Positions 36,300-48,529 of a DNA stretch of 64,000 nt are shown here, piece by piece (position 1 is the stretch's first letter; the number at the start of each line of letters is the position of its first letter). A program made the translations under genes and the position numbers. The notes under the pieces are model-generated. The model was not told where the DNA came from, searched no databases, and saw only the letters and a list, made by a program, of their open reading frames with translations. Source of the DNA: Psammoneis japonica (taxonomy: Eukaryota); contig QPGO01000005.1 of assembly GCA_008632985.1 (NCBI GenBank), positions 889,607 to 953,606 of the forward strand, read 5' to 3'.

Positions 36300-37200
36300 A
36301 TCAAAAATGTGTGATTGTTGGTGAGCATTTCTGAAGTGCATGGAATTTGCACTGGATCCTGCACAGAAAATGCGCCAAATCTGCAAAAAAATGCCAAGCA
36401 AGACAACAACATGAAAACCATGAGGCATCAATGCCAGTCATTTTCCACTGAAAATTGTTGCACATTGTGCTGGATTGAGGGTGAGCCAGTGACAGAAGTG
36501 GCCAAAAGGGTGTCGGGGCCCCAGCAAAATGACGTCTGAAAAGGGCGACATCAGAGCAGCACAGCAGAAACACATGTTAAAGAGAGCCGTGGGCTGCACC
36601 AGGTGTGGCCTGTGATTTGGGGTCACACCGATGGTTGTGCCAAACATTGTTGATGTGCTTTGGTGCTGCACTTTCTTTTGGTGTTTGCCACAAATGAAAC
36701 ATTGTCTTTGACCATGCCATTGGAGCACCTGGACATGGCAAGGAGAGGCAGATGGAGCCAGAGCCTGCATTGAATCACTCGTGCATCAAAAAATGCAGTC
36801 CACAGCTCTTGCAGGAGCCAATGATGAGAATGGGAAAATCAGAGCTGATGCTTTGGTTGTGGATGACAATGAGTTTGACCCTCTCATGACTGTTGAGGCC
36901 AGTGGGTGGGTCAGCAAGGGAGTGCATCTAAACCATGTTCTTCCAAGGGCTAGAGGTTGGCAAACCCAGCAATGCTGAGGAATGCCAGACAAAAGAGTGT
37001 TGCTCAAGCAAGTTGCAGTTGCAAACATTGAGCTCAATGAACCATTGGCCTTCTGCACTGCCAAGAATGCACAACAGGAGTGAGGCTTTTCACTTCTTGG
37101 CCCACTTCATTTGAGTGAGGATGAGCACAAAGCCATCCTTGATGCAATTCACAAGCATGGGTTGATGGACTGTTTTGAGGAATGCAAGGAGGGAGGAGGA
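36300..37200 (+). pseudogene. Decayed DDE transposase, Sola2-like
   Basis: AKQDNNMKT, IWGHTDGCAKHC*CA (36615-36659; DGC..QY[RK]-type motif), then DHAIGAPGHGK (to 36742) followed by ADG, i.e. the DGC...HGK...DG signature. Confidence 0.65.
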
Positions 37201-37469
37201 GGAGGGACAACCACAACAGCAAAACTGGTGAGTTTGAGGAAAAGAGAATGATGATGAGGAGGAAGAGGACAGCACAGAAGTGGGCTGTGAGGAGGATGAG
37301 AAGAGCATGGGGGGGACAGTGAATGTGATGAGTCTGACAAACAAAATGGTGTCACTTTGCATCATGCAGCCAAATGAACCATCTCACACAAGAGCTTTCC
37401 TTTTGCCATTTGCCTGCTGCCACACTGTGCTTGGTTCCGCACCTTTTTTGCCACATGTTTCACCTCATG

Positions 37470-38100
37470 CTCCTCATTTCCAAGACACCAATTCAAGCAC
37501 TTGATGTCCTTTGCTGGCAATGCAAAATGGTGATCGGAGTCAAAGATCCAACCATGGCACAAGGCACACAGTGGTTGTTTGCCAGATGGCACAAAGTCAT
37601 GCAGCCATCATTGCAGGCCATCACATCAAATTCACCACCCACTTCCAAGGAAATGGTTTGATGCAAACTTCCCCAAAACTTTGATTTTGAGTTTGTTGGT
37701 GGGAACTTTCCCTTCAAACAATTGCTCAGCATGTGCTTTGCAAACAACACATGCATTTGTTGTCAGTGTCAGCTCAGCTGGCAGATCTTTTGATGTGAGA
37801 TGCAATGCAGCCTCTCATTTCCAGGTTGCCAGCACAATGAAGAACGCTGATCAGGGATGAAAACATGCAAGTGTCACTGTGCTCTTCTTGTGAGAACATC
37901 ACAGGCAGGCTGCTTGTTGGCAAGTTGGCATCCAATGGCATCAAAACATTTCCTTCTGACAAGATTTAAAACCCTCCTCAGGCTTCCAGTCTTTAAAATC
38001 TTTCCAAACATCTGGAAACTGCATCTTGAAATTGCACTCAGCCCAATCCAGGGTCACATGCATTGGACAGTTGCCCTGCAGGATGCAGCCAACAAAATTG
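37470..38100 (-). pseudogene. Decayed papain-fold (C39-like) peptidase ORF
   Basis: LDWAECNF, FSQEEHSDTCMFSSLISVLH (Q..C), NHCV, GWIFDSDHHFAL and LNWCLG give an ordered Cys/His/Asp triad pattern across frameshifts. Confidence 0.45.
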
Positions 38101-40811
38101 GCACCCCGTTGTGAGATGTGGAAGTTTTTGCATCTCCTCCTGACTCAATCTCTTGAGTCTTCCAACCTGTGGTGTGTTGCAAATCACATCCACCTTGTGC
38201 TTGATCTCATTGATGCATCTTTGATTTAATTTTAGCATGTTCAATGAGGCCTGCACACATTTCCATGGGATGGCCATTCAATGCATTGGCCCTTTGGTCA
38301 AACCATTCTTCACACAGCATGACGCCCTTGTTCTCCTCAGCAAAGCAACCAAACAAGAAGTCAGCAACAGCTCCTGTGGAATTGCCAGGCTGTGGAAGCT
38401 TCACTCCAAACAATTTTTTTAATCTGCAACATGGCTTGAGCATCATTGCGCACTTGCTTGGTCACCTCCCTTTCTTTTTGGTGGCACTTGCTGTCTTTGC
38501 TCAAACCAACAAAATGCAGGTGTTCTTGGTTTTGGCTTTGAAAGCCAGTGAGATCACACATTGTTTTCCACTCCAGTTGTGGCTTTCATGAGCTCCATCT
38601 GGCACCTGCGATGCATGTCTCCTGCCCTCTCCTTCTTCTCTGCCTTTGTGTCTCTGACTGAGAAGTCTTCTGCATTCTTCATGCCCCCCCCCCCCTGCTC
38701 CTGCTCCTGCTCTTCCTCCTCTTCCTCAGTTGATTCATCCATGCCTCACCCTTGATCCTCCTCCACTTTGTTGTCATCTTAGAGTTGCAACCTTTTTGTT
38801 CCCTTGTCCCTTGTCTGCTTGTCTGCCTCTTTCATTTTGTTCCTTTTTGTTCCCTCATTTGCCTCTTGCTTTTCATCCTCCTCTGTCTCAAGCATTTCCT
38901 CCACCATCTTGGCATGAGTCAAGCAATTATGGAGTTGCATTCTTCTGCAAAACAAGCACCATTGCAGATGGGGAGCCACCTTGCACCAATCAGCAAGGCA
39001 AGTCAGTGGCTCCTTGAAACAGTCCTTCTTTCTTGGGCACTTGGGGAAGTGAACTTGCAACATGTGTTTGTCATTGGTGGCAGCCTCCGCCAACTTTGAG
39101 CAATGATGCAGCAAAAAAGACCTGCACAGCTGATCTGGGGGGCAGCAACAGTTGGAGAAAATCTGTCAGCTGCAGAAACCCACAACACATTGTTGCACCA
39201 TCAACCCACAATGACATCAAACAATGCCTCCGATGGTGTTGTCTCTTTGGGGTTGTGTGGACCAAACGGGAAAATCTTCTGGCAACCATGACAGCCACTG
39301 CAACATGTGAGCACTTTATGGAGATTGTCTGTTTGTTCATGATCCTCCCTTTTGCAATGCACATGATGAAAAACACAGTCCCTGTTGTTGTCCACATTGG
39401 CCTTCTTCAACTTTTTACATTGGACAGGTGGTGTGCGATGCTTCTTTTTGTCCACATGTTTTTTCTCAGCAATTTCTGATTTAACAGACCAACAGTTGTG
39501 TGTTTCACACCAGCTCCATTTTGCAGATAAAATGGGGTGAGTTGTTTCTTGACGAAACTTGACATGCACTCCCTTCACTGCCAATGTTTCAAATTCGTTC
39601 TTCTCTCGCCCCAACCTGGACTTAATTTTCCACCATCTGCAATGCCCGATTTTGCCAAAAAAAGACCACACAGGTCTTCTTTAGATCTTTGGTCAACATT
39701 TCAGGGTTGTGCCTTTCCAGGTCATCAATGTTGACCACACTGTCATTGCAAATTTGGTGCTTGGCAAGGCTAAAATGTGGCTTCAGCAAGTGGCTCCTCC
39801 CAATGTTTTTCATCTTTGCACATCTCGCTGGCAAGGTTGACATGCTCTGGGCTGGAATGAGGCAATGCCAAAACAGTTGCAGAGCTCATTGGAGCAACCT
39901 CACAATCTCCTTTGCATGCAGAGCAGTGGCATTGCCTCTGTCGTTTTTCACAAGCTTGCCCCACTCCCTGTGCTTGTGGACCTCCACCAAGTCTGAACAT
40001 TCAGACATGTCATCCGTGATGTCCTTGAAACCCATCATGACCAAGAATTCACACAAGTTGGGCAAAGGAGCTGCACCTGTTGAAAATGCAGAGTGGCCAA
40101 CACAGCAAAGCAGCAAACTGGCGCATTCATCAACAATCTGTGCAAACAATGCATTGCACAATTCATGCCAAGCATGAGCATCAATGGAAAATGTTGTGAT
40201 GCAAATGCTCTTGACTTTCAGGTTCTGCAGGAATGAAGGCAGGCACACTCATGGGGGAAAATGGCGGCTGTTTCATGGAGAATGGTGTGCTCCTCCTCCT
40301 GCGACAAGGATCGGATGCCACAACAATGAAGTGTGTCATCTGCCACAGACAGTTGACATCTCATTGCCATGTGCACAAAATTGCTGTGAGAAAGGAGGCA
40401 AGAACCCAGACTTGCTCCACAGCATCTCTGGCACAACAGGTTGGCTCGAACCAACAACTTCATGACTTCATGTGCCAATCTGTCTTTTCAGTTTGTTGTT
40501 TGGTTGGTTGGCATGTCTCACACCCAACATGTCTTCACCATGAGCGAAAACAATGAAGCAAGGCAGCGCAGGCCAGCCAGCCAGGATGTGCATGAACACA
40601 AAAGCGCAGTTGCCCAAAATCGAAACTGCAACGCGAATGAAGAATCCAATCTCAAATCGCGATCGAACATCAGACGTCGTGCGCGTGTTCGTGTTCGTTT
40701 CATTCCGTTGCCTCCAGTTGCTTCAGCCCTTAGTCCGTTATTATATATTCTTTGCTGACTGCTACATCTTTGCCACTCTATCCACTGGGCGTAAAGCTAA
40801 GAAAAAGCACC

Positions 40812-41681
40812 ATGGGACAAACTATTTCACGACGATTAGCCGGACGACTTGAGAGAGGTATGCAACGACATCGCAAGCTCATGGAAGAGGATGCTCTCAG
40901 GGACATTGCTGAAAAGAAAAGGGCGAGTGGATCCGGGTTTAGTGATCCTAGTGCTGTCGATACTGGCTTTCAAAGAGGACGGGGTCAAGATTCATTCAAG
41001 GATACACAGCAAGAGAAATATTTCGAGGAAGTGCACGCAGAACAACAGACAAACACGGAGCTACCCGACGATTTGATTCAGTTCCTCAAGGACGCAGGGC
41101 CTTTGGAACGAAAGGTACTTGCGCACGCTAGATCACTTACTGTGTACTGTGTACATTTACCTGACTCTGTTTGTTGATACTTCTTCACATAGGTGGACAA
41201 GGATTTCACATCGCCGAGACTTCGTCAGAAGCTAGATTTAGAGGAAGGTGACAAGGATCCACACAGACAATTGAAACAAATGCCGATAATGGAAGGCTCG
41301 GACTTCTCAACATCGAGAACAACCAATTTCTCAACGCTCGACGAGGATGACGACGAGGGAACCACAGGACTCACATACGAACAAATCCACAACTTGCTCC
41401 GTGACCAAGGCGAAAATAATACGTCAATTATTGATGAAGAAAGGTACTTGAAAGAAGAAATGGACGAAGCGACGAAGGAGGAGCAATTGAAGCTTATTAA
41501 ACAGACCCTGCAATATCTCGCAATACCAGTGCTCATGAAGGAGAACAATGACAACGTCGTGGGCACCCACGTCGACAGAGTGCCTGATTTGCAACGCATG
41601 TACAAATTGAAGCTGGTACCTGACAATCGAATCAAAATTGTTCTCGATGCGCAACGGGAAGGCGACAAATCGGAGCCATAG
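40812..41681 (+). CDS. Hypothetical protein with an N-myristoylation-like start (MGQTIS) (exons 40812-41114, 41193-41681)
   Basis: Two ORFs joined in phase by the GT-AG intron 41115-41192; normal gene-like composition. Confidence 0.75.
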
Positions 41682-41709
41682 ATTTCGTAGCATAGTGAAC
41701 TGTGTTCTA

Positions 41710-44700
41710 TTATACAACGACTTGTGTACCAAGCAAACTTAGCAGCAAGCCTGGGTATTCGTCAAGGAAAGGAATGAGGCTCGACTTCTGAAAAACTAAC
41801 ACAACACAGCCATCCTTCCCTGCCGTCAGCGTCGAGTTGTGCACTACATTCTCACCACCCTCCTGCTCGTGAATGATCATGTCGCCCACAGAGCTACCGT
41901 GCGACTGAATAACATCACCTGCGCTTCCGCCTTCTGTGTCATCGCCAAAGCCATACTTGGGCGAGCTTCCGTCGTCTGAGTCGGTCGCGTAGACGCTCAT
42001 ATCTCCGTCAGATGAAAGTAGACCAGCTACCATCTTCGAAACATCACCAAGGAAATGGCCGCGGCTGAAGATGAGTCCAGCAGTAAACGCTCTACGACTG
42101 TAAAGTCTTCCAAGAACCTTATTCGCATGACGAGCTCTTGACGACCTTCGTCGCTTGATTGACCCTCTATTCTCGATACGACCGTCGATCTCACAAGCGA
42201 GACTGTCAAAATCATTGTGGCTCTCTTCGTCATTCAAAGAATCCTCGAAATGGAGAGAGTGCAGCGATTCAGCATCGCAAGACGATGATGCGCCGCTGGT
42301 TCTCCGCGATCTGCTAATCAAATCCGCACGTTTCTGTAACCCACGACTCAGCTTTTCGTAGTCATGAGCGTCACTCATTGAACTCAGATCCTCTTCAGCA
42401 AGCTCCACCGTATTCATTCGTTTCCCAAAGCATGTATCCAGCTGAAGTGAATTATTTCCGTCGCTTTCTTCCATGCTCTTGTCGATTGAGTCAATCGACC
42501 CGTCGTCATTTTCACCTGATGTCTCTGAGGACCTGACCCTCTATGAAACGCAACAATAAAAATGAGAATCTCAGCCAGCGCCCACAAGAGAACACAGGCT
42601 CAAAAACACGTACCAACTCTTTGATTGCTTTCATGGCGTCAATGCGCATCGACTCTCCTAGGGTATGCCCTCCGTCTCTGCTCACTTGTGACTGAAACAC
42701 CACGAAAGATCAGGAAGTGAGTCGTCGAGGCAAATGACCACGCGAAACAGTGTAGCTCACCGAAAGTCCTACCTTACTGCGCCAACTCACAGACCCGGCA
42801 TTGCGCCGTTTTGGAAGAAACGAGACCGTGCCTGCAACAATAATAAACGCCTTTTCTACTATCTGACCTGAACGCCAGAGCCTATCACCGGGATTGTAGT
42901 ACACTGGACCCTCCGCTAAGCTCTCGAGATGGCGTTTCTGGACAGCGCTGAGCTTTCGAAATGTGTAATTCGTGTTGAGTAATTCGAGAATGGTCATGTC
43001 TTGAAGATTACTGTCGCGGAGCTCTTGTAGTGTAGCTTCCCCTATCTTCGGACCTTCGCTATCATTTTCGGAAGTCGCTGATATAAGTAACGGGTGGGTG
43101 GTCTTACTCTCGAGGTATTTTTTGTAGAGCTTTGAGCCACTTTTTAAAATTGCGTGCAGGCTGGAAAACTCAATGGTAATAACCTAAGCGAGGTACAAGG
43201 GAGACGAGAGGGAGAGATGAGAACTTGGAGCGAGCAGTGGCGCACAAAAGCGAAGGTCATACCTTAACACCCTCAGACGACATGGCAACGACGTCGTGGG
43301 TGGAACTCAAAGCGCTTTCTCCGCTTAAACGCTTCTCCGGTTGCACCGAGATCGGCCCGGTCCAGTCACCGGCGTGCCAAACGGCACATGTGCCAAAATC
43401 TGTGCTTTCTTTCGTTTCTTCTATCGAGCCAAGATGCCCTCCTGATGATCGTTTCTTTTGCCCCTTCTCACGTTCCACGCATGTACCTTCCCATATCACA
43501 CAAAGCACCTGCCTTCGCATACTAGCTGGGACGACCACATCGTCTTGGCAGAAAGCATCTACCCTGGCAGTTTCTAGTACCTCCATTGTTGAGGCATATG
43601 ACAAGCTGAAATAGAAAAGACAAAGAACCACGTTGGAAACAGCCTACATCGCATCGACAGGATGACCAACATCAGATGACCAACATACCTTGTCAAGAAA
43701 GGGACAGCACTCAGAAGGTTAAGAACGAACCAGGCATCGGTGCTTGAAGCCGGTCTCAGCGATACTAGCGGAGGAGCATGATGCTGTCCAACCGTTAGAG
43801 AAGGTCTATGTCCGCCATTACCATGGCCGGTAAGATGCGCATAGGATGTAGCCATTGACAAAGAATCATCTGAATCCTCTCCGATCACCTCGTATTCGTT
43901 GCCGTTGTTCCAATTAAAAGAGAAGGGACTGTCTTCTTCAATTGTCAAGCCAGAACCTGAACTAGTAGAACCAGACTGGACACGAAAGCTTGTCTCAAAT
44001 CCGGCAGAGGATGATGGAGACAACTGTTTCGACCGGTCGACTTGGTCTAGTCTAATTGTTCCGGCAGTACCAGTTGGAGCTGCGCGAAGCTCACACCCTT
44101 CCGGAAGCGCCGACGTATGCACGACATACATCCTCCTCTTTACACGATTCGGGAGCTTCAGGAGGACGTCAAGAGGCGTGTGAAGTGGAGGCGCCCCTGC
44201 TTCGTGCAGAAGGAGATCCGTTTCCTGGAGAGGTAGATTCGTTAAGTCGTCGGCTCGCGCTTTCGTCAGTACTCCCTGAGAAGCATTCAATTAGGAAGAG
44301 CATACACACAAAGATGAGACAAAATCTTCATTACACAACCGTGCATCAGACCCATTGAAACTTACTGATTCAATCAATCCATCAATTCTTGGAGGGCTGT
44401 TCAGGTGATCGCCCGTGAAGACTAGCGACCTCCCGCGCCACTCAACGCGGAATCCGACGCAAGGAATAGAGTGTAATGAGTACGTGAAATGAAAGGTCGC
44501 GCCTTGAAACCTCAGCGGCGTTCCGATTATGGCCGCCTTGTATCGATGGCTGTGCCGCAACAAAACAGGGCTTAAATTTGAAAGAGCGGCATATTTCCGT
44601 ATGAAACTCTTGTAGATAGTCGGAGTAGTGATCACAACAACTTGCGACCCCGTCAGGACCTTTTGGAAGGCTCCAGCATCGTGGTCGGCATGGCAATGAG

Positions 44701-46414
44701 TCAGTATGATGCCAACAATTGTCCGCGGACGAATTCCTTCTCTTTCGAGGGTTGCTGATGAGTATGGCGGAGGGTCAATCATTACCCCTCGTCCATTTAT
44801 CCATAACACATATCCAGACACCGATCCGCTTTTGTCAAAACCGTGCGAGTTTCCCAAAACAGTAACTCCAAATGAAGGCGGGTGAAAAGTAGGAGGTGCT
44901 TTCTCCAATAATCTGCAAGTTCCAACGATCTCTCTATCTTCTGAGCCGTCAGAGTCCAGCACGTCCTCTTCCTCATTATCTTCCCCGAACCCAGCCACAC
45001 TCATTTTCTCCGACACTCTCACATGTCCGGAAAATCGAGCTTTACCTACGATCACGTTATTCTCGTCAACGTCATGGATTATGTATTCAGTACCTCCAGG
45101 CATCTTAAAAATTTCAACTCGTTTCGTTGATGAATCCGGTGCATAGATGGTTGCGACATCTCCTGCAAATGCACAACACACGTCACTTTATTAGAACGCA
45201 TTCACACAACACCAGGTACTTTCTAAGACTCGTAAATGCTTACCATCAAATTGAGCGTGGGAATACGTCCAACGGCGTTTCGATTCTCGCCTCATGACAT
45301 CCTTGACGTTGTTGGGCACCAGGGCACCCTCCTCAAAGTCTTCTTCTTCGCAAAATCGTCGTTCTTCAGACGCTGCATTGTCGTCGATAGTATATTCAGT
45401 GTCGTCGACGGGGGGCGGGATTCCCAAGTTTTGGTGGACACCGCTTTCCCCGGGTGAGTTAAAATGACAGAACTTAATAAGAGTTTCCAGAACCAGTTCT
45501 TTGCCATCGGGCATTATTCGAAAGTGTTCCAACTCTTTCCGGAAATTGGGAATCGCCTCTCGTGGGAATGAAGGTGCGAAATCCTCTTCTTCATAGGTAA
45601 GCGGGTCGTTCTCTCGGCGAAACTGAGCAGGACCAAGCAGCGTTTCACTGAACACGCGCCGAATATTTTGCTCAGCGTCGTCAGAATCAACAATCAAGGT
45701 GCACTTTTTCCTCAGAATAAAGAAGTTGTAATAGGCAGGGAATTCAAATTCAGCAAGATTGACACCGAGACCGGGGCCCATTTCTCTACAAAAACGTTCA
45801 ACAGGGACGATGTAGACCGTTGGAACGTTAAGTCCCATCTTCATGCTATCCTTAATCGTCTCTGGTGGAATGCCAAACTGAGCAATTAAACGTCGGCGAG
45901 ATACACAATGAGAATCGTGTCCACATCACAAAGCAAATAATAATACGTAGCCACCGGCGGCACTTACCTGAACACGGCCAACGGCCTCAGTCATCATGCT
46001 GATACCTCCGCGAGGCAACTTGGTAGTCTCGAGAATCGGCACCGAGTCGTATGACTTCCGAACGGCGGGATCCTCGATATGCGCATGCTCAATCTCATGT
46101 GATGGCGAACCTCTGGGAGATTCTAATAAGCTCACATCAACCCTAGTTTTCGAGGAGGGAGACGATTCTGGTGCCTTTGCTAGGTCTGGCTTAACTTCAT
46201 GAGAGCCTCCGTTTTCAAGTATAGACTTGTGGTTACCTTCAGCTTTCGGCTGAGGCATCGCTACCCGACTCGAAGCTTCCTGAGAAGAAAATGAGTCAGT
46301 GATGGTTTTCCCTGATAGCTCCCCGTCTTTCTCCTTTTTCGTCTCCTCCTTCTCTTTTCTCTTCTTTGTTTTATTCCTAGTCAGTGCCTTTTTCCAGGTC
46401 TTCTTGTTGAACAT
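41710..46414 (-). CDS. Multi-exon metallo-beta-lactamase-fold hydrolase with cyclic-nucleotide-binding-like domains (putative cNMP-regulated phosphodiesterase)
   Basis: Spliced QFGIPPETIKDSM, LGNSHGFD, MIDPPP, THCHADHDAG (HxHxDH), LHSIPCVGF, FTGDH and HEAGAPPLHTP. Two cNMP-like segments (FCQDDVVV...CVIWEG; YNPGDRLWRSG...FIIVAGTV). About 7 GT-AG introns. Confidence 0.8.
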
Positions 46415-47245
46415 AATCAGCGCTAGTCTATATATTCACGAGCTCAAAGCAGGTCCGTCGCCAAGGACGTTCTTGTACGATTCAGAAGATGCACGCAGCT
46501 TCTCCCCTTGGCATTCCCGACCTGCTTCGAGTGACCTCGCCGATGCTGGTGCGCGCAAAAGTACCACAGAAAGCTGTGGTTCGTAGAGACTAGTACAAAT
46601 TCTACGTGCGCTTCAGGCAAGTACTACGGGGTGACCAGAAAGATCCAAGATGGCGTTCGTTTCGTCTCGAATCAGCCTTTCAGCGTACCCCAACCGCCTG
46701 TTCTAACCAACTCAGCACCCTCGCGGGTTCTTGATAACAAAACGAATAGCAGCCGTGCCCGGCAACGCAAACAACACGTCGAAAATCCACCGCACTTTCG
46801 CAGGCGGAGTGCGGCGTTTGGTGGGCGGTACTGGTATGACTTCTACAGAGTTCCAGCGTAGAAAGGTGACGCCACTATCTACTGACAAATTTGGATATTG
46901 GGCAATATAAATTTTGTTCCGACTATAAGTCAAAATCTATATAGACTTCATGCGTATAGCTTGATACAAAACTGAAAACTGCATAGCCCTAAATCAAGAA
47001 TGAGACACCTTGAACATTTAATTAACAGATGGGCATTATAGGACATTAGATTGATGTCTGTACAAGATATAGTGTAGTAAAAGAGGTGTCGTATGACATA
47101 TGCGTACATCACGACTAGGGTCACTCAACGACAGACTGGATGGAATGCAAATAACTGGATGGGACGAGCAAAAAACATGATTGGTAGGGCCCTAATGAAA
47201 AATGTGCCAATCGGAAAAGGTGCAACAAGAGGAGGAAAATAATTG

Positions 47246-48184
47246 TTATGATCGTAGCAAAGTTCTTAATCCAAGAACCGTCATGAGTCCTGAAAAGCCC
47301 CATCGCAAGGTCATCTCATCTGTGTTGAGACCAACATATTTGCTTCCGAAATAGGCTCCAGCAAATGCTCCCATTGCTAATGTCGGAGCTATACGTATCG
47401 CGACATTTCCTTGATTGTAATGTGTCACAGTACCGACAATAGCGGGTAAGCTCATGGCACACAAACTTGTTCCAAGAGCTTGATAATGAGTTAGGTCGGT
47501 AGCAACCGCCAGAGCAGGGACGACAATTGCACCACCCCCGACACCAAATACCCCCGCCATGTATCCTGATCCACAACCAATTAATGCAGGTATTATCCAT
47601 TTTTTAGCGTTTGACAAAGTATTATCGTCCTGTTGCGCTGATTTGTCCGTAGCAGCATTCTCAGGCTCGTCTTTGCAGTCTTCATGTTTCGCTAAATACG
47701 CCTTGGCTGGCACAAGCGGCGCCACAGCCAGCATAAAGATACCCAATGCTCTACGTAGTGTTGTTTCTGACATGGTTTTGGTTGCAATGGCACCGAGACG
47801 TGCCGTCACCACGCCGCAGCACGCAATCGCCACGGCCGCTTCGAGTTGAACCTCACCAGAATACCCCAACGCACCAGCAACACCGGTCGCAGCAACCGCA
47901 AACAACGAAGTACCATGTGCTTGATGTTGTGATAGTCTCAAAAAGCCAGTCATGAGTGGAATCATGACAAAGCCGCCCCCCATCCCTGCCAACGATCCTA
48001 GCGTGCCCGCCAGCGAGCCAATCAAAAAGGTCTTTGGTTGCATCATCGAAACAACGTCGTTGTTGCTGTTTTTTGCAGTTTTATTGGAAGTCTCAAAAAG
48101 TCGTTTCTGTACAAAGTGTTCACGAGCCGCATAACTTCGAATGAGTGGAGCGCATCGTAGCAGCAAGCGCTTGTGGGCCGTCAT
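47246..48184 (-). CDS. TauE/SafE (TSUP) sulfite-exporter-family membrane protein
   Basis: Two repeats, GMGGGFVMIP...AHGTSL and GVGGGAIVVP...ALGTSL, with a mitochondrial-like basic N-terminus. Confidence 0.88.
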   Translation of the reverse strand: MTAHKRLLLRCAPLIRSYAAREHFVQKRLFETSNKTAKNSNNDVVSMMQPKTFLIGSLAGTLGSLAGMGGGFVMIPLMTGFLRLSQHQAHGTSLFAVAATGVAGALGYSGEVQLEAAVAIACCGVVTARLGAIATKTMSETTLRRALGIFMLAVAPLVPAKAYLAKHEDCKDEPENAATDKSAQQDDNTLSNAKKWIIPALIGCGSGYMAGVFGVGGGAIVVPALAVATDLTHYQALGTSLCAMSLPAIVGTVTHYNQGNVAIRIAPTLAMGAFAGAYFGSKYVGLNTDEMTLRWGFSGLMTVLGLRTLLRS

Positions 48185-48529
48185 GGTCGCGGTTCGGTTA
48201 TTGTGGCGTCGTCAAAAAAAGAAAAAGCAAAAAAGAAAACGAACATCATCACGCGCGCAAAAAAATGAGGATGACGTCATCAACCGTCTGTCCATCCATC
48301 ATCCCGTCTACCCGCCACAGAAACACAGGCAAGCTGAAAAAAGCAACGCGCAATCAGCGCAATCAACGCTCCTGTTGCCATAACTTTCAACTTCGACACC
48401 GCAGTCGGCAACAGAGTTACTGTAGATGAGAACGGCGTCGATTTTCTTACTCGATACACCCTGAAGCTACAGTATTATACCGACCTATCTGCTTTGTTTG
48501 ACATCTCTTGCAACTTACGAGCCGAAAGA

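Larger units (their letters stand above)
32860..40730. mobile_element. Degenerate TE domain 4 (CpG- and TpA-depleted) with transposase, peptidase-like and accessory ORF remnants
   Basis: Strong TpA/CpG loss over ~7.9 kb with recognisable decayed motifs (listed separately). Confidence 0.75.

Noticed and set aside
1305..40730. Classical fungal RIP as the explanation for the domains
   Set aside because: RIP raises TpA and lowers GC content; here TpA is lost and CpA/TpG are gained.
40812..41681. NDUFAF4-like identity for the MGQTIS protein
   Set aside because: Only a vague N-terminal resemblance; not enough to name it.
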